DNA from: Pristiophorus japonicus
Lineage: Eukaryota
NCBI RefSeq assembly: GCF_044704955.1
Contig: NC_091980.1
Location: 277,636,001-277,700,000, forward strand
DNA: 64,000 nt
Direction of reading: 5' to 3'
In this document: piece after piece, positions 47,529 to 61,000 of the stretch
How positions within the stretch are numbered: the stretch's first letter is position 1
Layout: every line of letters begins with the position of its first letter
Notes under the pieces: model-generated
Databases searched by the model: none
What the model was told of the DNA's origin: nothing
The model's input: the letters and a program-made list of their open reading frames with translations, nothing else
Made by a program: the position numbers and the translations under genes

Positions 47529-50147
47529 CTAAAAGAATCAAATAGAGATGATGAGACACTGTACTGAACTGTTTACTCACTTGTATGAAGATATAAGGGC
47601 ATTTTCCTCAGTCCATTAACATTAATGAAAAGATTGTTTTCAAAACCCTCCATGGCCTCGACCCTCCCTATCTGTAACCTCCTCCACCCCTACAACCCTC
47701 TGAGATCTTTGTGCTCCTCCAGATCTGGCCAATTGGACTGCTCCGATTTTCAACGCTCCACCATTGGTGGCCGTGCCTTCAGTGGTTTGCTGCCATGCTG
47801 CCCATGGCTCTAAGCTCTTGAATTCCCTCCCTACACCTCTCCGCCTCTCTACCTCCTTAAAACCTACCTCGCCTGTCCTAATATCTCCTTATGTGGCTCG
47901 GTGTCAAATTTTGTTTGTTAACGGTCCTGTGGAGCACCTTGGGATGTTTTACCACGTTAAAGATGCTGTATAACTGCATGTTGTTGTTGTTGATTTCCTA
48001 TTATTCACAAAGGGAGGAAACTAAACCGCATAGAAATGCTTTAAAAATCTCATGGCAAATTATTTATTTTTTGCCATTTCTACTAATTTAGTTATGATCG
48101 TTAAAATTCACAGTGCTTTTTTTTCTTTTTCCCTCAGATCTCATTGCAGGAAGTTGAGTGTGAGTGCTTCCCAAAACAAAAAGTTCAGGCTTACCAAAGA
48201 GCCATTCTAAGACTGGTCAACAGGACATGCCCAAAGGAATGGCCCAAGGAGGATTTTCCCTTCCTTGTTTTAAAGAAACAACTAGTCTCTACTGAACGCT
48301 CTCACATGGCGATGATGAGGCTGAGATCAGGAGCTCAACAGCAGTTGTGGCTGCACATCCCGTCATATTGATATTTATAAGAAAACTTTTTGACTTTTAA
48401 GAAAACAGCTATTTACCTCACAGATATCAGTGAGATGGGTGTGCCTGCTTCTCACAACAATTCTGGGTAACAGATGACCACTATTAGCCACTTAGTGCTG
48501 GACAATTTCTAAAGCTATCAGCAAGCTGGCCAAGATGAGTGAACGCACAAGCACCCATGCACATGCTGGGATGCTGCTGGAAGCATAACTCACCGCTAGC
48601 TGCACTGTGGGATTGTACATGTTTGCATGAACACGTTCAGATACGTGTTTGAAGGGCCCCGCAAACGCTTTGATCACGTGCTGGGAGGATGGCACAGGGT
48701 CGTGACGCCAGGGTGAGAAAGCGGCTCGACCGACAGGGAGCGCTCGTTACACAGTGAGTGAGAGCTGAGGGCTTCTGTGAGGAGCTCGGCCCAGCCGTTG
48801 AGATTAATTCGCAAGAACTTAATCAGTGTCGGTTTTATAAAGAGGAGCGGGCTTGAAATTACCTCTGGTTGCGGACCCCTGGAAAGTCTCTATGGACCCT
48901 TGTTTGAGAACCACTGCATTAGTGGACATGAGTACACAACAAAAATGTCCCAAATTAATCATTACTGGGCATTAACACTGCAATCTCACTCAGAAGGGCC
49001 AACAAATGGCAAGTGAGTGAAGTAGAACATTCCCACTGATGCTGGAGGGGGGGCTTTCTGAATGTTTCATTTCCCAAAACAACTATTCTCAGCCTTTCTA
49101 AGTGAAACTGCCATCCATCAAAATCGGGAGTTTACTGTTGCTGGCCAATATCTAGTTGTATTATTAGCCTGACCTGGGGAGTAGCACTTATAAGAAAGAA
49201 TTGGATATCATGATCCTTGCACATGTCCTCATTTGTGCTTCAGCAATTTTCTGAAAGGTGGACCTTAATGGGATGAGACTGGCTGCAAATCTATGAGTCT
49301 ATTTGGCAATTGTTAAGTGAACGCATAGATAAATATTTGAAGCAATTCCCCTCACAATGCAAACTTGATGTATCCCTTCTCCTAAATAAAATAATAACTT
49401 ATGCTACACCGGCCCTTTCAGCTGCCTAAAAAACATTTAGTTTTCTTGGACAGTATTTTTATTTTGAAACTTAACCAGCTGGCTAAGCCTAGACTGGTTT
49501 TACTTTTAAAGCAGACATGCTTCCTTCCTGCCTCATTCAAGTCCTAGTGGATGTAACCCTGAACGTGAGTTTCATTCTCCTTCTGCCCATAGGAAGCTTG
49601 ACTTCTGGCAACACCCCTCTCCAGCTGGTTGGTCAGTAGAGCTGTCAGTTGAACTGCTTGCTCTCTCTCCCTCCCACCCCCACCCACCCATCCTCATTCA
49701 GTTTGGGCCCCTTTGGAACGAGCTAGTGCAAAGCCTCTGAACGATATTCAAAACCTGAAAGTGACCCCTAACCCCAACCCTGACCATACCGTGGTCAACT
49801 GGTTGAAAATCTAAACTCGGCGGTCATTAACTCATCTGTGTTCATTTATTAACCAGATGTTGCTGCACTAAAGTTTATAAGATAGCTTTAATGGGAAACA
49901 ATGCATTTTGATCAGGTTCAATCTTTTAGATGTCTAATTAATCCTTCTAAAGATTAATATCTCATCAATACAACTTAATGCAGCGTAAATTTCCTTTTGC
50001 ATTACCAATCCTCAAATTACAATATTATAAAAAGTTCTATCCCCAAAGAAGTTAAACTCAAAAAAGTCCAAGACATTTTCCTACTCGAGATGTGGAAGCT
50101 ATACTTTCCTTTTTTTCAAATACCTTGTCACACAAAAAACATGTTAC

Positions 50148-50817
50148 CTTTGAACATGACATAATTAATAAGTATCATCACGGTGTTCCGATCAAGGTGT
50201 TTAATAAATTCTTGAATTTTGCCATTTGTTTGCTTTCTCACGGAAGTGTTGATCTTTTTTTTCGCTTTGTCTATCGCTCTGAAATCGACACTCATTACCT
50301 CTGCCTTGTAAAACTGCCTCGCGTCCTCAATGAATTTCTTTTGAAGTACCAGTCCCTGCTGGACGTACAGAGAGTTCCCCATCATCAAATGCAGTTCACT
50401 ATTTACACCGGTTAACTCTTGCAGGAGGTATTTGAACGTCGCATGGACTTCTGCTGCATCATTATGGGTCATGTTGCTGAACCCGAGAACCCGGAGAAGC
50501 TGATCTCGAGTGTTATGTTTTGCGCCCAGAGACAGCGCCGTCAGGGCGGCAGAGATGCTTATTGGAGAGAAGAAAATATTCTTGGAAGTTGAGCTTGGCT
50601 GAGAGGCAATCTGCCTGTAGAGACGCAAGGCAAAATGTATGTTTGCAGCGGAAAGTTTGAGTAAAGACAGTTGTCTGTTTTGATTGTTTTTATTTTTTGA
50701 ACCGGTTTGAACGTGCTGAGTTGCAGCTTTCAATGTAGACATTTTTTCATGAGCACTGAATATTTCACCGCAGAGCACCGTGACCAGTAACAAAGCAACA
50801 GGAATCAGCTTCCCCAT
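50148..50817 (-). CDS. SERPINA1: Serpin coding exon 1 (signal peptide through INYVMFK)
   Basis: MGKLIPVALLLVTVLCGEIFS signal peptide; NIFFSPISISAAL, LSLGA, LINYVMFKG; acceptor at 50825, phase 1 donor. The four exons total 1278 nt, i.e. 425 aa plus stop. Confidence 0.96.
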
Positions 50818-51016
50818 CTTGAACCTGAAAAGCAAAGAACAAACTTGTATTGCAGTGTTTTGAGATTGTTCAATGTCCGAGCTGTCGTCATCTAAGTCAC
50901 GCTTAAGCTCTGTACAATCTTAATAATGACGTGTTATTACATCTAGCAAGCTAACTGAGTTCTAAAGCGGTCTGAATATTGCCAACTCTAAAACAGCTTA
51001 GTAAGCAGCTTCTTAC

Positions 51017-51097
51017 TTGAAGTCCGAACGTCGTTGCAGTGTCCTTCTACCTAAAATGAAGCAGACCGTTCTTACTGTGGCTTTCTTCTCCCTTCTA
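51017..51097 (-). other. Probable non-coding exon 1 of the serpin
   Basis: Donor CAA|GTAAGA at 51016, with a TATAAA about 30 nt upstream of the inferred start; the coding exon has an acceptor 7 nt before the ATG. Confidence 0.6.
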
Positions 51098-51119
51098 CAT
51101 GCTCCTTGGTGTTTAAAGC

Positions 51120-51230
51120 CAATTTATACTGCAGCAAATGTAAACAGATCAGTTATGTATTAATCAGGAAACTGACCTTCAGTCTGATGGTAAACATTGT
51201 TATACAATGGCCTTTGCATTGCAAATATGA
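51120..51230 (-). promoter_or_regulatory. Putative hepatocyte-type promoter: TATA (51123-51128), FOXA-like TGTTTAC x2 (51140-51146, 51190-51196), HNF1-like (51152-51164), HNF4-like TGCAAAGGCCA (51208-51218)
   Basis: Motif matches found by eye, clustered within 100 bp upstream of the inferred exon 1. Confidence 0.55.
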
Positions 51231-51319
51231 TTCATGCAACTTCTACAAGCCTGAAAATATAAGACAAAAAGGGTTTTGTTATATTCAATTTGCCTATCAT
51301 TTTTACTTCAACAAAAGAA

Positions 51320-51862
51320 CATTAAGAACATAAGAAATAGGAGTAGGCCATTTGGCCCCCCGAGCCTGCTTCGCCATTCAATAAGATCATGGCTGACCTG
51401 ATCCTGGCCTCAACTCCACTTCCCCGCCCGCTCCCCATAACTCTTTATTCCCTTATCATTCAAAAATCTGTCTATCTCCACCTTATATACATTCAATGAC
51501 CCAGCCTCCACAGCTCTCTGACGTAGAGAATTCCAAAGATTCACGATCCTCTGAGAGAAGAAATTCCTCCTCATTTCCATTTAAAATGGGCAACCCCTTA
51601 TTCTGAAACTATGTCCCCTAGTTCTAGATTCCCCCACTAGCGGAAACATCCTCTCTGCATCTACCCTGTCAAGTCCCCGCAGAATCTTATACATTTCAAT
51701 AAGATCACCTCTCAATTTTCTAAACTCCAATGAGTATCGGCCCAACCTGCTCAATCTTTCTTCATATGACAACCCCTTCATCTCAGGAATCAACCTTGTG
51801 AACCTTCTCTGAACTGCCTCCAATGCAAGTATATCCTTCCTTAAATAAGACCAAAACTGTCA
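51320..51862 (-). mobile_element. CR1 3' fragment
   Basis: EAVQRRFTRLIPEMKGLSYEERL...RGHSFRI plus tail. Confidence 0.88.
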
Positions 51863-53499
51863 AAAGGGGAGCGTGTCAATCCTTTTATAACCTCTTTTCT
51901 GTGACTTTCCCTAAATCGCAGTTCTAAGTAAATTTCAATTCATTTATTACCAATTAATGTCATGGCTTAATTGTTAATTCCCACCATCCCACACAAGCAG
52001 CTTCTTGTCAATAAATATGCAGCATTATAGTTACAATTAATTCTACACAGATAACTCTCATCTGGATTTCTCACAGAATAATAAACAGCAGTGACTACAG
52101 AAAAGTGGACCAATTATAAAATGTATTCACATCAAAAATTTGAGAAAAACTGCTTCCTTTCTGAATACATACACACACACATTCATCTAATGTACACTAA
52201 ATATACACCCACATTAATATATATAATACAGACAGACACACCAATGCCTAATGCCTGCTTGAGGACCCCTCTGCAAGATTGGTTTACCCAAAGGCAGCCA
52301 GCACCTTTTGGTAATCTATTTTTGAATAAGTGAGATAGGGTGAAATTATAGGGGCTGTAAATAGCACATACATGAGGATTGCCTTGAAATGCAAAAATGG
52401 GGATGCAAAGTAATGCTCTCTGGTATATTTCTGGTATTTGGGCAAGGAGAGTGCACCAATAAAACTGAGGATATAGATGATTGATTGGAAACCCTATATC
52501 CAGAGAACAATTCTAGTATAAATAATTAGGTTCATTTCACAATAAAGAGAATTGGTACGGGAGAGATGGGCCACAAGTAAATCAAATAGGAACAAAGAGA
52601 CGTACGAGGGACATTCAGGTAGCAATCAAAAGTCATTTAAAAAGAAAGACTTGCATTTCTATAGCGTCTTTCATGACTTCAGGATGTCCTAAAGTGCTTT
52701 ACAACCAATGAAGTATTTTTGAAGTGTAGTCGCTGTTGTAATGTAGGGGATTTAAATTAGATAGATGGGTGGGGGGGCGTGGGTGCAGTGAGATAACTGG
52801 ATTCCAAATGGGATAGATCAAAGGGTAGAATGTCGTTAACAGGTGTATTCACATGCAGAAATTTCAGAGAGACATACATGAACCAGAGCTCAGGAAAAAT
52901 CAGACACATTAAGCTGTTATTCCTGAATGGCAGAAGCAGTAGAAATAAGATGCTGGGATATGAAAGCTGTTGTGGCAGTAGGGAATGACAATGGTCAGAA
53001 ACAAGGCTAAATCCACAGGATGAGATTAATTTAGTATTCAGGAGTATAGAGTGTTCAGAGAGGGCTGAGTGTACAGAAAAGGAAGTGGTATAGCCACATA
53101 TATCAAGAATAACTGGGAGATAACTGAAGTTGATTCTGTGGGATAGACATCACATATGTGAAAAAAATCCAAGCTAACATTAGGGCCGGAATTTTTTTTA
53201 CCTGGGTGGGTCTGGTGCGGGTGGTTGCCGCGGCGGGTCATGACCCCATTGTTGATTCCATCCCTCTCCTCAGATAGACTTTGCGAAAATGAAGCCGATT
53301 AACCCTGCCGTGCATGCTCCCCGGCCCTATTAGGAACATAGGGACAGGAGTAGGCCATTGAGCCCCTCAAGCCTTTCAATGAGATCATAGCTGATCTGCA
53401 ACCGAACTCCACATACCCGCCTTTGGCCCAGATCCCTTAATTCCTTTGGCTAACAAAAAGCTATCAGGTTCCAATCTAAAATTAACAATTGGTCAAGCA

Positions 53500-54770
53500 T
53501 CAATTCTGGAATTTTTTGAGGATGTTTCCAGTAGAGTGGACAAGGGAGAACCAGTTGATGTGGTATATTTGGACTTTCAGAAGGCGTTCGACAAGGTCCC
53601 ACACAAGAGATTGATGTGCAAAGTTAGAGCACATGGGATTGGGGGTAGTGTACTGACATGGATTGAGAACTGGTTGTCAGACAGGAAGCAAAGAGTAGGA
53701 GTAAATGGGTACTTTTCAGAATGGCAGGCAGTGACTAGTGGGGTACCGCAAGGTTCTGTGCTGGGGCCCCAGCTGTTTACACTGTACATTAATGATTTAG
53801 ATGAGGGGATTAAATGTAGTATCTCCAAATTTGCGGATGACACTAAGTTGGGTGGCAGTGTGAGCTGCGAGGAGGATGCTGTGAGGCTGCAGAGCGACTT
53901 GGATAGGTTAGGTGAGTGGGCAAATGCATGGCAGATGAAGTATAATGTGGATAAATGTGAGGTTATCCACTTTGGTGGTAAAAACAGAGAGACAGACTAT
54001 TATCTGAATGGTGACAGATTAGGAAAAGGGGAGGTGCAAAGAGACCTGGGTGTCATGGTACATCAGTCATTGAAGGTTGGCATGCAGGTGCAGCAGGCGG
54101 TTAAGAAAGTAAATGGCATGTTGGCCTTCATAGCAAGGGGATTTGAGTACAGGGGCAGGGAGGTGTTGCTACAGTTGTACAGGGCATTGGTGAGGCCACA
54201 CCTGGAGTATTGTGTACAGTTTTGGTCTCCTAACCTGAGGAAGGACATTCTTGCTATTGAGGGAGTGCAGCGAAGGTTCACCAGACTGATTACCAGGATG
54301 GCGGGACTGACCTATCAAGAAAGACTGGATCAACTGGGCTTGTATTCACTGGAGTTCAGAAGAATGAGAGGGGACCTCATAGAAACCTTTAAAATTCTGA
54401 CGGGGTTAGACAGGTTAGATGCAGGAAGAATGTTCCCAATGTTGGGGAAGTCCAGAACCAGAGGTCACAGTCTAAGGATAAGGGGTAAGCCATTTAGGAC
54501 CGAGATGCGGAGGAACTTCTTCACCCAGAGAGTGGTGAACCTGTGGAATTCTCTACCACAGAAAGTTGTTGAGGCCAATTCACTAAATATATTCAAAAAG
54601 GAGTTAGATGAGGTCCTTACTACTAGGGGGATCAAGGGGTATGGCGAGAAAGCAGGAATGGGGTACTGAAGTTGAATGTTCAGCCATGAACTCATTGAAT
54701 GGCGGTGCAGGCTAGAAGGGCCGAATGGCCTACTCCTGCACCTATTTTCTATGTTTCTATGTTTCTATGC
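53500..54770 (+). mobile_element. Young 5'-truncated CR1 LINE with an uninterrupted RT C-terminal ORF
   Basis: About 390 open codons (YLDFQKAFDKVPH, GVPQGSVLGP, KFADD) to the natural stop at 54669; (TTTCTATG)n tail. Confidence 0.95.
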
Positions 54771-55043
54771 TATTTGTGGAAGAGAGTTCCAAACTTCTGC
54801 CACTCTTTGGGTATAGAAGTATTTCCTAATTTCACTCCTGAAAGGTCTGGCTCTAATTTTTAGACTATGGCCCAGTCCTAGAATCCCCAACCAGAGCAAA
54901 TGGTGTGGGTCTGATGATGTCATCAATGACATGTTTACAGCCGAGATATTTAAAGGAGCCATGGCCACGTTGCATTTGAAGGTTCATCTAGAAGTGTGCA
55001 GGCAGCACACTGGAGGTTTTCATTGCTCCAAACAGTTGGAGAC

Positions 55044-55138
55044 ATGGCTGCACAGAAGCAGAGGGCTGCACCCAGGTTCTCTGATGACTCCTTCCATAGG
55101 CTTATGGAGGGAGTGAGAGCATGTAGGGAGGTCTCTTC
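55044..55138 (+). pseudogene. N-terminus of a Myb/SANT-like ORF typical of Harbinger second genes; probable continuation at ~57254-58050
   Basis: MAAQKQRAAPRFSDDSFHRLMEGVRACREV resembles a Myb_DNA-bind_5-type start; coiled-coil-like ORF at 57333-57803 after the Gypsy fragment. Confidence 0.5.
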
Positions 55139-57253
55139 CAATTTGTTATGCTCCAACAATCTGTTAACGCTATATGGCCCATGTAAGAAACTTGTTTTAA
55201 CGTGCGATGTGTCGTCCTATGGGGTCGGGTGTGTGTTGCAGCATGTTAATGCCAAGGGTCAGTTACAGCCGGTAGCTTATGCCTCCAGAAGTCTGTCCCA
55301 GGCAGAAAGGGGCTACAGGATGGTAGAAAAGGAGGCGCTCGCATGTGTATATGCAGTAAAGAAAATGCACCAGTACCTGTTTGGGCAGGAAATTTGAGCT
55401 GGAGACAGATCACAAACCCCTAACGTCCCTTTTAGCCGACAACAAGGCCATAAATGCAAACGCATCGGCCCGCATACAGAGGTGGGCGCTCACGTTAGCT
55501 GCCTATGACTACACAATTCGGCACAGACCGGGCACCGAAAACTGCGCCGATGCATTCAGGAGACTCCCACTAGCCACCACTGAGGGGGCTACCGAGCATG
55601 CTGCTGAGATGGTCATGGCTGTTGAAGCTTTCGGAAGCGAAGGCTCACCCGTGACAGCGCGTCAGATTAAAGTCTGGACAAATAGAGACCCGCTATTGTC
55701 TCTAGTCAAGAAATGTGTCCTGAATGGGGACTGGGCAGCCACGTACAGGGCATGCCCTGAGGAATTTAAACCATTTCACAGGCGCAGGGATGAACTCTCG
55801 ATTCAGGCCGATTGCCTACTGTGAGGAAACCGCATAGTCATGCCCCAGATGGGCAGAGAGGTGTTCATCAGGGAACTCCACAATGAGCACCCGGGCATTG
55901 TCATGATGAAGGCAATTGTCAGGTCACACGTTTGGTGGCCAGGGATAGACACAGATCTGGAACTTTGTGTTCGCAGGTGCAACACGTGTGCCCAGCTGGG
56001 CAATGGGCCCAGGGAAGCCCCCCCTTAGCCCCTGGCCATGGCCCGTCAAACCTTTGTCACGCATCCATGTGGGCTACACAGGTCGTTTCATGGGAAAAAT
56101 GTTTTTGGTTGTAGTAGACGTCTACTCCAAATGGATCGAGTGTGACATTTTAAATTCAAGCACATCATCTGCCACGGTAGAAAATCTACGGGCAATGTTC
56201 GCCGCCCATGGTCTACCGGACATCTTGGTCAGTAACAATGGCCCGTGCTTCACAAGCAGTTAATTCCAGGACTTCATGGCAGGCAATGGAATTAACCATG
56301 TCAGAACAGCACCGTTCAATCCGGCCTCAAATGGCCAGGCAGAACATGCAGTGCAGATAATCAAACAGGGGATGCTCAGAATCCAAGGGGGTTCCCTACA
56401 AAGCCACTTACCACGCTTTCTGTTGGCCTACAGATCCCGACCACACTCGCTCACAGGAGTTCCACCCGCAGAGCTGCTAATGAAAAGGATGCTCAAAACT
56501 CGGTTATCCCTTATACACCCCACCATGAAAGAAATTGTCGAGAGCAGGCGCCAGTCACAATATGACTGCCATGACAGGAATGCGAGGGCGCGATGTATTG
56601 ATGTAAATGACCCTGTTTTTGTCCTCAACTACGCTGCAGGGCCCAAATGGCTTGCAGGCACTGTGATTGCCAAAGAGTGAAATAGGATTCTGGTAGTTAA
56701 ACTTACCAATGGACAAATCTGCCGCAAACACGTGGATCAAACAAAAAGGAGGTTCAGCATCCCCATAGAAGAAGCAGAGGAAGAACACAATATAGAGTTC
56801 ACTCCACCACAGGTGACCGAACACCGGATCCAAAGGGAGGAGAACCCAGTCACTGTGGGCAGTCCGGATAGGCCTGAGGCATCGCAAACAGCAGACACTC
56901 AGGCCAGCGCCCAACAACCGGAGCCCCAACTCAGGCGCTCTACAAGATAGCGTAAACCACCAGAGAGACTCAACCTGTGATCCCAATAAGACTTTGGGGG
57001 AGAGGTGATGTCATGTATTCAAACAGCATTGTAACCCATGTATAATCTGACCTAAGTTGTACACTGTGAGAACAATGATCACTAGGTGGTGAACTTGTGG
57101 GAGACACTCCTAACCCGGACCTTCAGGTATAAAAGGGGAAGCTCCACCCACTTCCATCACTTGAGTGCTAAGGAATAAAGAACAGGTCACAGACTGACCT
57201 TCTCTCAAGCATGGGCCTCGTGTGCATTTATACTGTATAGTAAGGATATATCA
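55139..57253 (+). mobile_element. Gypsy 3' half (RNase H, integrase, PPT, LTR 57009-57253), same family as 14749-19450
   Basis: Highly similar to 17362-19450. Confidence 0.93.
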
Positions 57254-58049
57254 ACCTGGTGTCTCACAACTCACAAGTGAGCAAGAGCAGATGGTGGAGA
57301 CAGTGACAGAAGTGGAGACTCCGCACTAGAGGGTGCAGAACGTTCCCAGCTCTGCTCAGCTGCATGCAGATGTTGAGCCTCGTGGAACATTCAGAAAGAG
57401 AACATTCCTAGAGGTGCAGGAAGAAGTACAGGAGGCTTTGACAGTGAGTGCGATGTCTGCAAATGTGCAGAGACTGGAGGAGTCCATCTCCAACATGAAT
57501 ACAACTGTATTACTGGTGATGGCAACTGTAGACTCTACCATGGATAAGACCACCACCTGCATGGAGCAGCTAATGCGCCACTCACAGGAGCACATGGTCT
57601 CTATGGAGAATAGATGGCTATCTATGGAGGATAGATGGCTAACTATGGAGAATAGATGGCTATCTATGGAGGCTCATAGACCTCTCAAGGAAGGATGTCA
57701 ATGTGGATGTTGGATCTCATGGTCCCACTGCTTTCAGCCAAGTGCTCTCCAGTTCCTTGCTAGCAGGGAAGTGTGCATGGCCCATGAGAGGGACGATGTT
57801 TAGAGAGCACATGGAAGTCGGGACTCCTCTCAAAGTGCTCAAACTTCTCCTCCATTGCTACCCCCTCAGTCAGAGCCTCAGATGCCCCCTCGGACAGCGA
57901 TGGCCAAGGCTGCCACTGAACAGTTGCAGGAAGAGCAAACTTTGACGGGGCCCTGACAGGCTCCAAAACCCAGAGGACGTCTGCCCAAAGTGTCACAGCA
58001 GGGAAACGAGCAGGCTGCCTCCACCTCTGCTAAAGCCACAGGTGCAGTA

Positions 58050-61000
58050 CATAGAAACATAGAAATTTACAGTGCAGAAGGAGGTCATTTCAGCCCATCG
58101 TGTCCGCGCTGGCAGACAAGGAGCCACATGGCCCTCGGTCAGCAGCCCTGAAGTTTACATATAAACTTATGAACAATGAACAATGGCGGAAAGATAAAGA
58201 GCATCCGGCCCAACCAGTCCACCCCCCATAACTGCGATGCTCCATGTATCGCAACATTTTTTACACTCCTGGGAGAGGCAAACCAGCAGATTAAAAACTC
58301 AGGCCAATTGGGGAAAAAAATCTGGGAAAATGCCTCTCCGACCCATCCAGGCGTACGAAACTAGTCCAGGAGATCACTCTGGCCGTATTAGATTCCCTGA
58401 AGTACTTACCATCATATCTGCACCAGCCAATAAGAGATTATCCAGTCTAATCCTACTTACCAGCTCTAGGTCTGTAACTCTGCAGGTTACGGCATCTCAA
58501 GTGCCCCTCCAAGCACCTTTTAAATGTGTTGAGGTTTTCTGCCTCTACCACCTTTCCAGGCAGTGAGTTCCAGAGCCCCACAACCCTCTGCGTGAAGAAG
58601 CTTCCCCTCAAATCACCTCTAAACCTTCCACCAACCACCTTAAACCTATGCCTCCTCGTTATTGACCCTTCCACCAAGGAAAATAGGCCCTTGCTCTCCA
58701 CTATATCCAGGTCCCCCAAAATTTTATACACCTCAATGAGGTCTCCTCTCAGCCTCCCCTGATCCAAGGAGAACAAACCCAGCCTCTCCAATCTGTCCTC
58801 ATAGCTAAGATTCTCCATTCCAGGCAGCATCCTCATAAATCTCCTCTGCACCCTCTCCAGTACAATCACAACCTTCCCATTATACGGCGACCAGAACTGC
58901 ACGCAGTATTCCAGCTGTGGCCTAACCAGAGTATTATATAATTTAAGCATAACCTCCCTGCTCTTGTATTCTACACCTCAGCAATAAAGGCAAGCATTCT
59001 GTATGCCTTCTTAACCACCTTATCCACCTGGCCTGCTACTTTCAGGGATGTGTGGACAAGCACTCCAATGTCCCTTTGTTCATCTGCACTTCTAAGTAGC
59101 CTACCGTTTAATGTGTATACCCTTTCCTTTAAGCCCTCCCCATGTGCATTACCTCACACTTCTCCGAATTAAATTCCATTTGCCACTGTTCTGCCCACCT
59201 GACCAATAGATTGATACCCTCCTGCAGTACATGACTTCCCTCTTCAGTATCAACCACACAGCCAATTTAAGTGTCATCTGAAAATTTTTAATCATATCCC
59301 CTATATTCAAATCTAGATCATAAATGTGTTGTGTCCTTAGATGCTCTAATAATGAATCCACAACGCAATGTGTTGTACTTGAACTGTAGTGACCTTAGTC
59401 CTTTATTTGCTAACTCCAGAGTGGGGATCACACCTGGTGGCCTGCCTTTTATACTAAGCCAGGCACACCTGTACAGGTAACCTACAAGTCTCCCACTGCT
59501 GTGCCCTCTGGTGGCACACCTTGTGACAGTACCAACAGTAGCCATGTAGGATACATGACATCACTCTCCCCTAAGCCTTTAGTACAAATCGTCTCTGCAT
59601 TGACTGTGCTCTGGGCTTAGCTCTATCTGGGCTCTATCTGATTGACCCTTCGCAGGTCGTTTCAATCTTGGGTGAGTGGTTGGTACAGTAGAGTGCTGGT
59701 GGTTGCTGTTTGTGTGCGTCCCTGACCACTCCATTCTCCCACCCCCACATATAGATTATGCCAGAGGCTCATTGCATTCATATACATTCAAGTTCAGAAA
59801 AACAAGGTTGCATTACATTTGTGGTTCCATTGTGAGACAAGTTCGATAGACTGGTGAGATACATTATCGATGCGGTGACCGGTGCATAAGGACAAACTAG
59901 TTCCAGAACTGCTGGATGGTGTCCCTGCAGTCTGGCAGCGGCGCGGTGTCCAGTGCTGGCAGAGAGAACTCGGTTGGCTCAAGTTGCCTGCTCTTGGGGC
60001 TGTTACCACGGTTCCTGGCGTCGGGCAGGTTGACAGATGCCTGTGAACTCCCTGTCCTTTCTTTGTGCCCTGGGTCGCTGCTGCTACCTGAGGAACTGTC
60101 TACCAGCAGTGCACAGGGAACTGCTGATTCACTGGCCTGGGCATTGTTTGGTTTGGGATCCTGGCTGGTCCCCATCCCTTTTGGCGGGACTGTAGCAGGT
60201 GACTCTTCGTTTACAGGCATGGCCTTAGTGGCGATGGGGTCTGGGGGCTACGCCTTAGCACAGTCTGCTCTTTCAGGCTCATAGCGGTTGGTGCCATCGG
60301 GTGCCTGAGAGGTGGAGCCAATCAGGGGAAGGGTATTGATACCAGTGCCGTTGCCCTGCTGAGATCGCTTGCTCTGCAGCTCATGTGTATTGGCTGCTTG
60401 TGGCCACACTCCATGTTGCATAACTCTGGTCCTCGTGACGCAGGTTACAGCATTGGGTAGCTCGCTGGACCTGTGTGCTCCCGATGGGTGTCTGCCCGCT
60501 GCATTGGCTGTGTGCAGTTGAAATCCTACATCGCGTAACTTTTCATTACTTATGATGGATACTCTGTGGGTCCGATCGCAATCACGTGACTTTTCCTCGC
60601 TGGTTGCATGTACACAATTCAAGTAATCAATTACACATTTTACATGATCGCCTGACTTTTTCTTGCTTATTGCATGTACACAACTCCGATCATTATTTAC
60701 ACATTTTACACGATCGCACAACTTTTCCTTGCTTTGCCTGTATACAACTCTGATCATCAGTTACACATTTTGTCTCTAGCTTACAGTTGCTATCACATTG
60801 TTTGAGTGTGTGGAACTGTCCCTTTTATTGTAGTGGGTTGCAAGCCTCCTTTAAGAGAGCCTTGCTTGCTTTACCCCAATCCTCTTCTCTGTTTGGTGCC
60901 ACGTGTTGCTCCATCAGCGCTGCACCTCGTGGTCGGGCCGCCGCCATCTTTTTCTTCAGCGCCTCACCTCGTGGTTTGGGTGCCATCTTTCCTCCATCCA

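Noticed and set aside
53446-54669. 407-aa ORF as a host or domesticated reverse transcriptase gene
   Set aside because: Plain 5'-truncated CR1 ORF2 with its own 3' UTR and tail; the start is borrowed from flanking repeat sequence.
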